In this document: positions 63,027 to 64,000 of the stretch, piece by piece
Position numbering within the stretch: the stretch's first letter is position 1
Layout: the number at the start of each line of letters is the position of its first letter
Origin: a virus
IMG/VR virus record: IMGVR_UViG_3300045988_089740
Strand: one strand, 5' to 3'
Length of the DNA: 64,000 nucleotides
Notes under the pieces: model-generated
Databases searched by the model: none
Told to the model about the DNA's origin: nothing
The model's input: only the letters and a program-made list of their open reading frames with translations
Translations under genes and position numbers: made by a program

Positions 63027-63221
63027 ATGAAAAATATGGATATCCGCCAGGAAATTATTGAAAGACGTCTGAGGTCATATGAGGTTGCTGCTCAGATGAA
63101 TATTTCTGCAGCTAGCTTCTGCCGGTGGTTGCAAACTGATCTGACACCGGAAAGACGAAAACGAATCAGAACAGCAATTCAAGAACTTAGTAGTAAATAT
63201 CCAGTTAAGGAGGAAATGTGA
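63027..63221 (+). CDS. small HTH-like protein
   Basis: SYEVAAQMNISAASFCRWL. Confidence 0.45.
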   Translation: MKNMDIRQEIIERRLRSYEVAAQMNISAASFCRWLQTDLTPERRKRIRTAIQELSSKYPVKEEM

Positions 63222-63222
63222 T

Positions 63223-63384
63223 ATGAGTTTACATGATGTATTTACAGTATTGTGTGTGATTGCTTATATCGTTTTTGTTGCATTAGCGATATACGCCGCT
63301 AAGAAGAAAAACAGTTTACCGATGCTGGTCGCGCTGGTAATTTCCAGTTTCTTTAACTTGATGGTTTCGCTTACAGCAAAATAA
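63223..63384 (+). CDS. 53-aa two-TM membrane protein
   Basis: ATG 63223; below ORF-track cut-off. Confidence 0.4.
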   Translation: MSLHDVFTVLCVIAYIVFVALAIYAAKKKNSLPMLVALVISSFFNLMVSLTAK

Positions 63385-63397
63385 GGAGGTGCTAAAA

Positions 63398-64000
63398 ATG
63401 AGCAATAGTGAAATTTTAAAGAAAGCAAAGGAACTGGTTGAACTTCTGGAAAAACAGGAAAAATCTGGCAAGGTGGGATTATTCGAACTGAAGCCAGGAG
63501 ATATCTTCCAGACTACCGGAAAGCGTAAATACAAAGTTCTGGAACAGTACACAGAGCATACCAAGATCATTTCTCTTGGATTTGTGAAAGATAATGTGAA
63601 ATTTGATGATGGTACAACTGACTATAATAAATCATCCTTGAAGAAACTCTGTGATACTGAAATTCTGAAAGATTTTGAAGAAGAGTTTGGAGAAGAGAAT
63701 ATCGAAACTGACATATCAGATCTGATTAATGTAGATGGACAGAAAATCGGAGAAACGGAATGCAAAGTTCGACCGTTGACATTTGATGAAGCGCGTAAAT
63801 ACACAGAACTGATGCCAAATGATGAATTGGATGATTCCTATTGGACTTGCTCCGCATGGAGCACAGTGGAAAGAGGATGGAAATATGCGCTGGCCGTTGT
63901 TTCGCCTTCCGGCTACTTCTACATCAATTACTTCAACTGCAGTGGCGGTGTTCGCCCAGTTTGTATCTTAAAATCCAATCTCTTTGTATCTAAAACGGAG
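63398..64000 (+). CDS. DUF6273-like protein (3' end outside window)
   Basis: SD AAGGAGG then ATG 63398, frame open to window end; ..SYWTCSAWS..GGVRPVCILK resembles DUF6273 C-terminal pattern (memory-based). Confidence 0.45.
   Translation, partial: MSNSEILKKAKELVELLEKQEKSGKVGLFELKPGDIFQTTGKRKYKVLEQYTEHTKIISLGFVKDNVKFDDGTTDYNKSSLKKLCDTEILKDFEEEFGEENIETDISDLINVDGQKIGETECKVRPLTFDEARKYTELMPNDELDDSYWTCSAWSTVERGWKYALAVVSPSGYFYINYFNCSGGVRPVCILKSNLFVSKTE

Overview
The whole window reads as phage DNA from a low-GC Firmicutes (Clostridia-like) temperate siphovirus. I saw no host flank, rRNA or CRISPR array. All calls are by eye, with no database or folding tools.

Layout, + strand unless noted:
- 1-2483: replication genes (HNH fragment, replisome organizer, DnaC-like loader).
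- 2793-4517: large serine recombinase.
- 4.5-11 kb: accessory region. It holds a 6-gene minus-strand operon (6223-9296), a divergent HTH gene and several small-RNA-like units.
- 11404-11997: small-terminase-like gene.
- 12-13 kb: a GC-rich structured island, a decayed resolvase and an RHH gene.
- 14515-15795: a protein-free RNA locus with 3 good tRNAs and 2 aberrant ones, separated by long structured spacers.
- 15.8-20.5 kb: about 20 small genes, including a BRO antirepressor and an SPFH protein.
- 20565-27085: large terminase, portal, scaffold, capsid and connector.
- 27198-33504: an unexpected 6-kb insert. It carries an XhlA-like gene, a sigma-r4 HTH gene, five extreme-composition proteins, two HExxH proteins, a fibre and an XkdX-like gene.
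- 34.4-42.6 kb: head-closure and tail genes, a holin-like gene, major tail protein, G/GT chaperone and a 1613-aa tape measure.
- 42.6-46.7 kb: a 4-kb moron island.
- 46.8-52.2 kb: baseplate/Tal and a GH25-CHAP-SH3 endolysin.
- 52.4-54.2 kb: minus-strand LytTR regulator and a secreted protein.
- 54.9-55.6 kb: cI/cro switch.
- 55.6-64 kb: early recombination module (tandem-OB SSB-like protein, Rad50/SbcC-like ATPase, RecT).

The gene logic at the 3' end of the window continues into the 5' end, which suggests a circular or permuted genome.

Most interesting observations:
1. A conserved cassette (palindromic box, -10, covarying hairpin, U6) occurs three times. Each copy heads a late operon, which implies antitermination-type control.
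2. The tRNA and structured-RNA locus may contain a large ornate ncRNA (GOLLD/ROOL-like or new). It also carries an initiator-like tRNA and tRNAs with a non-canonical anticodon loop or D-arm.
3. An A_AAG_GGG -1 frameshift site sits two codons before the capsid stop. Slippage would add a 65-aa extension ending in a HeH-like domain.
4. A cassette of Gly/Cys/Tyr/Gln-rich proteins is embedded in the head-tail module.
5. Purine-rich degenerate repeats bracket one gene of the recombination module.
6. tRNA-like minihelices are scattered outside the tRNA locus.
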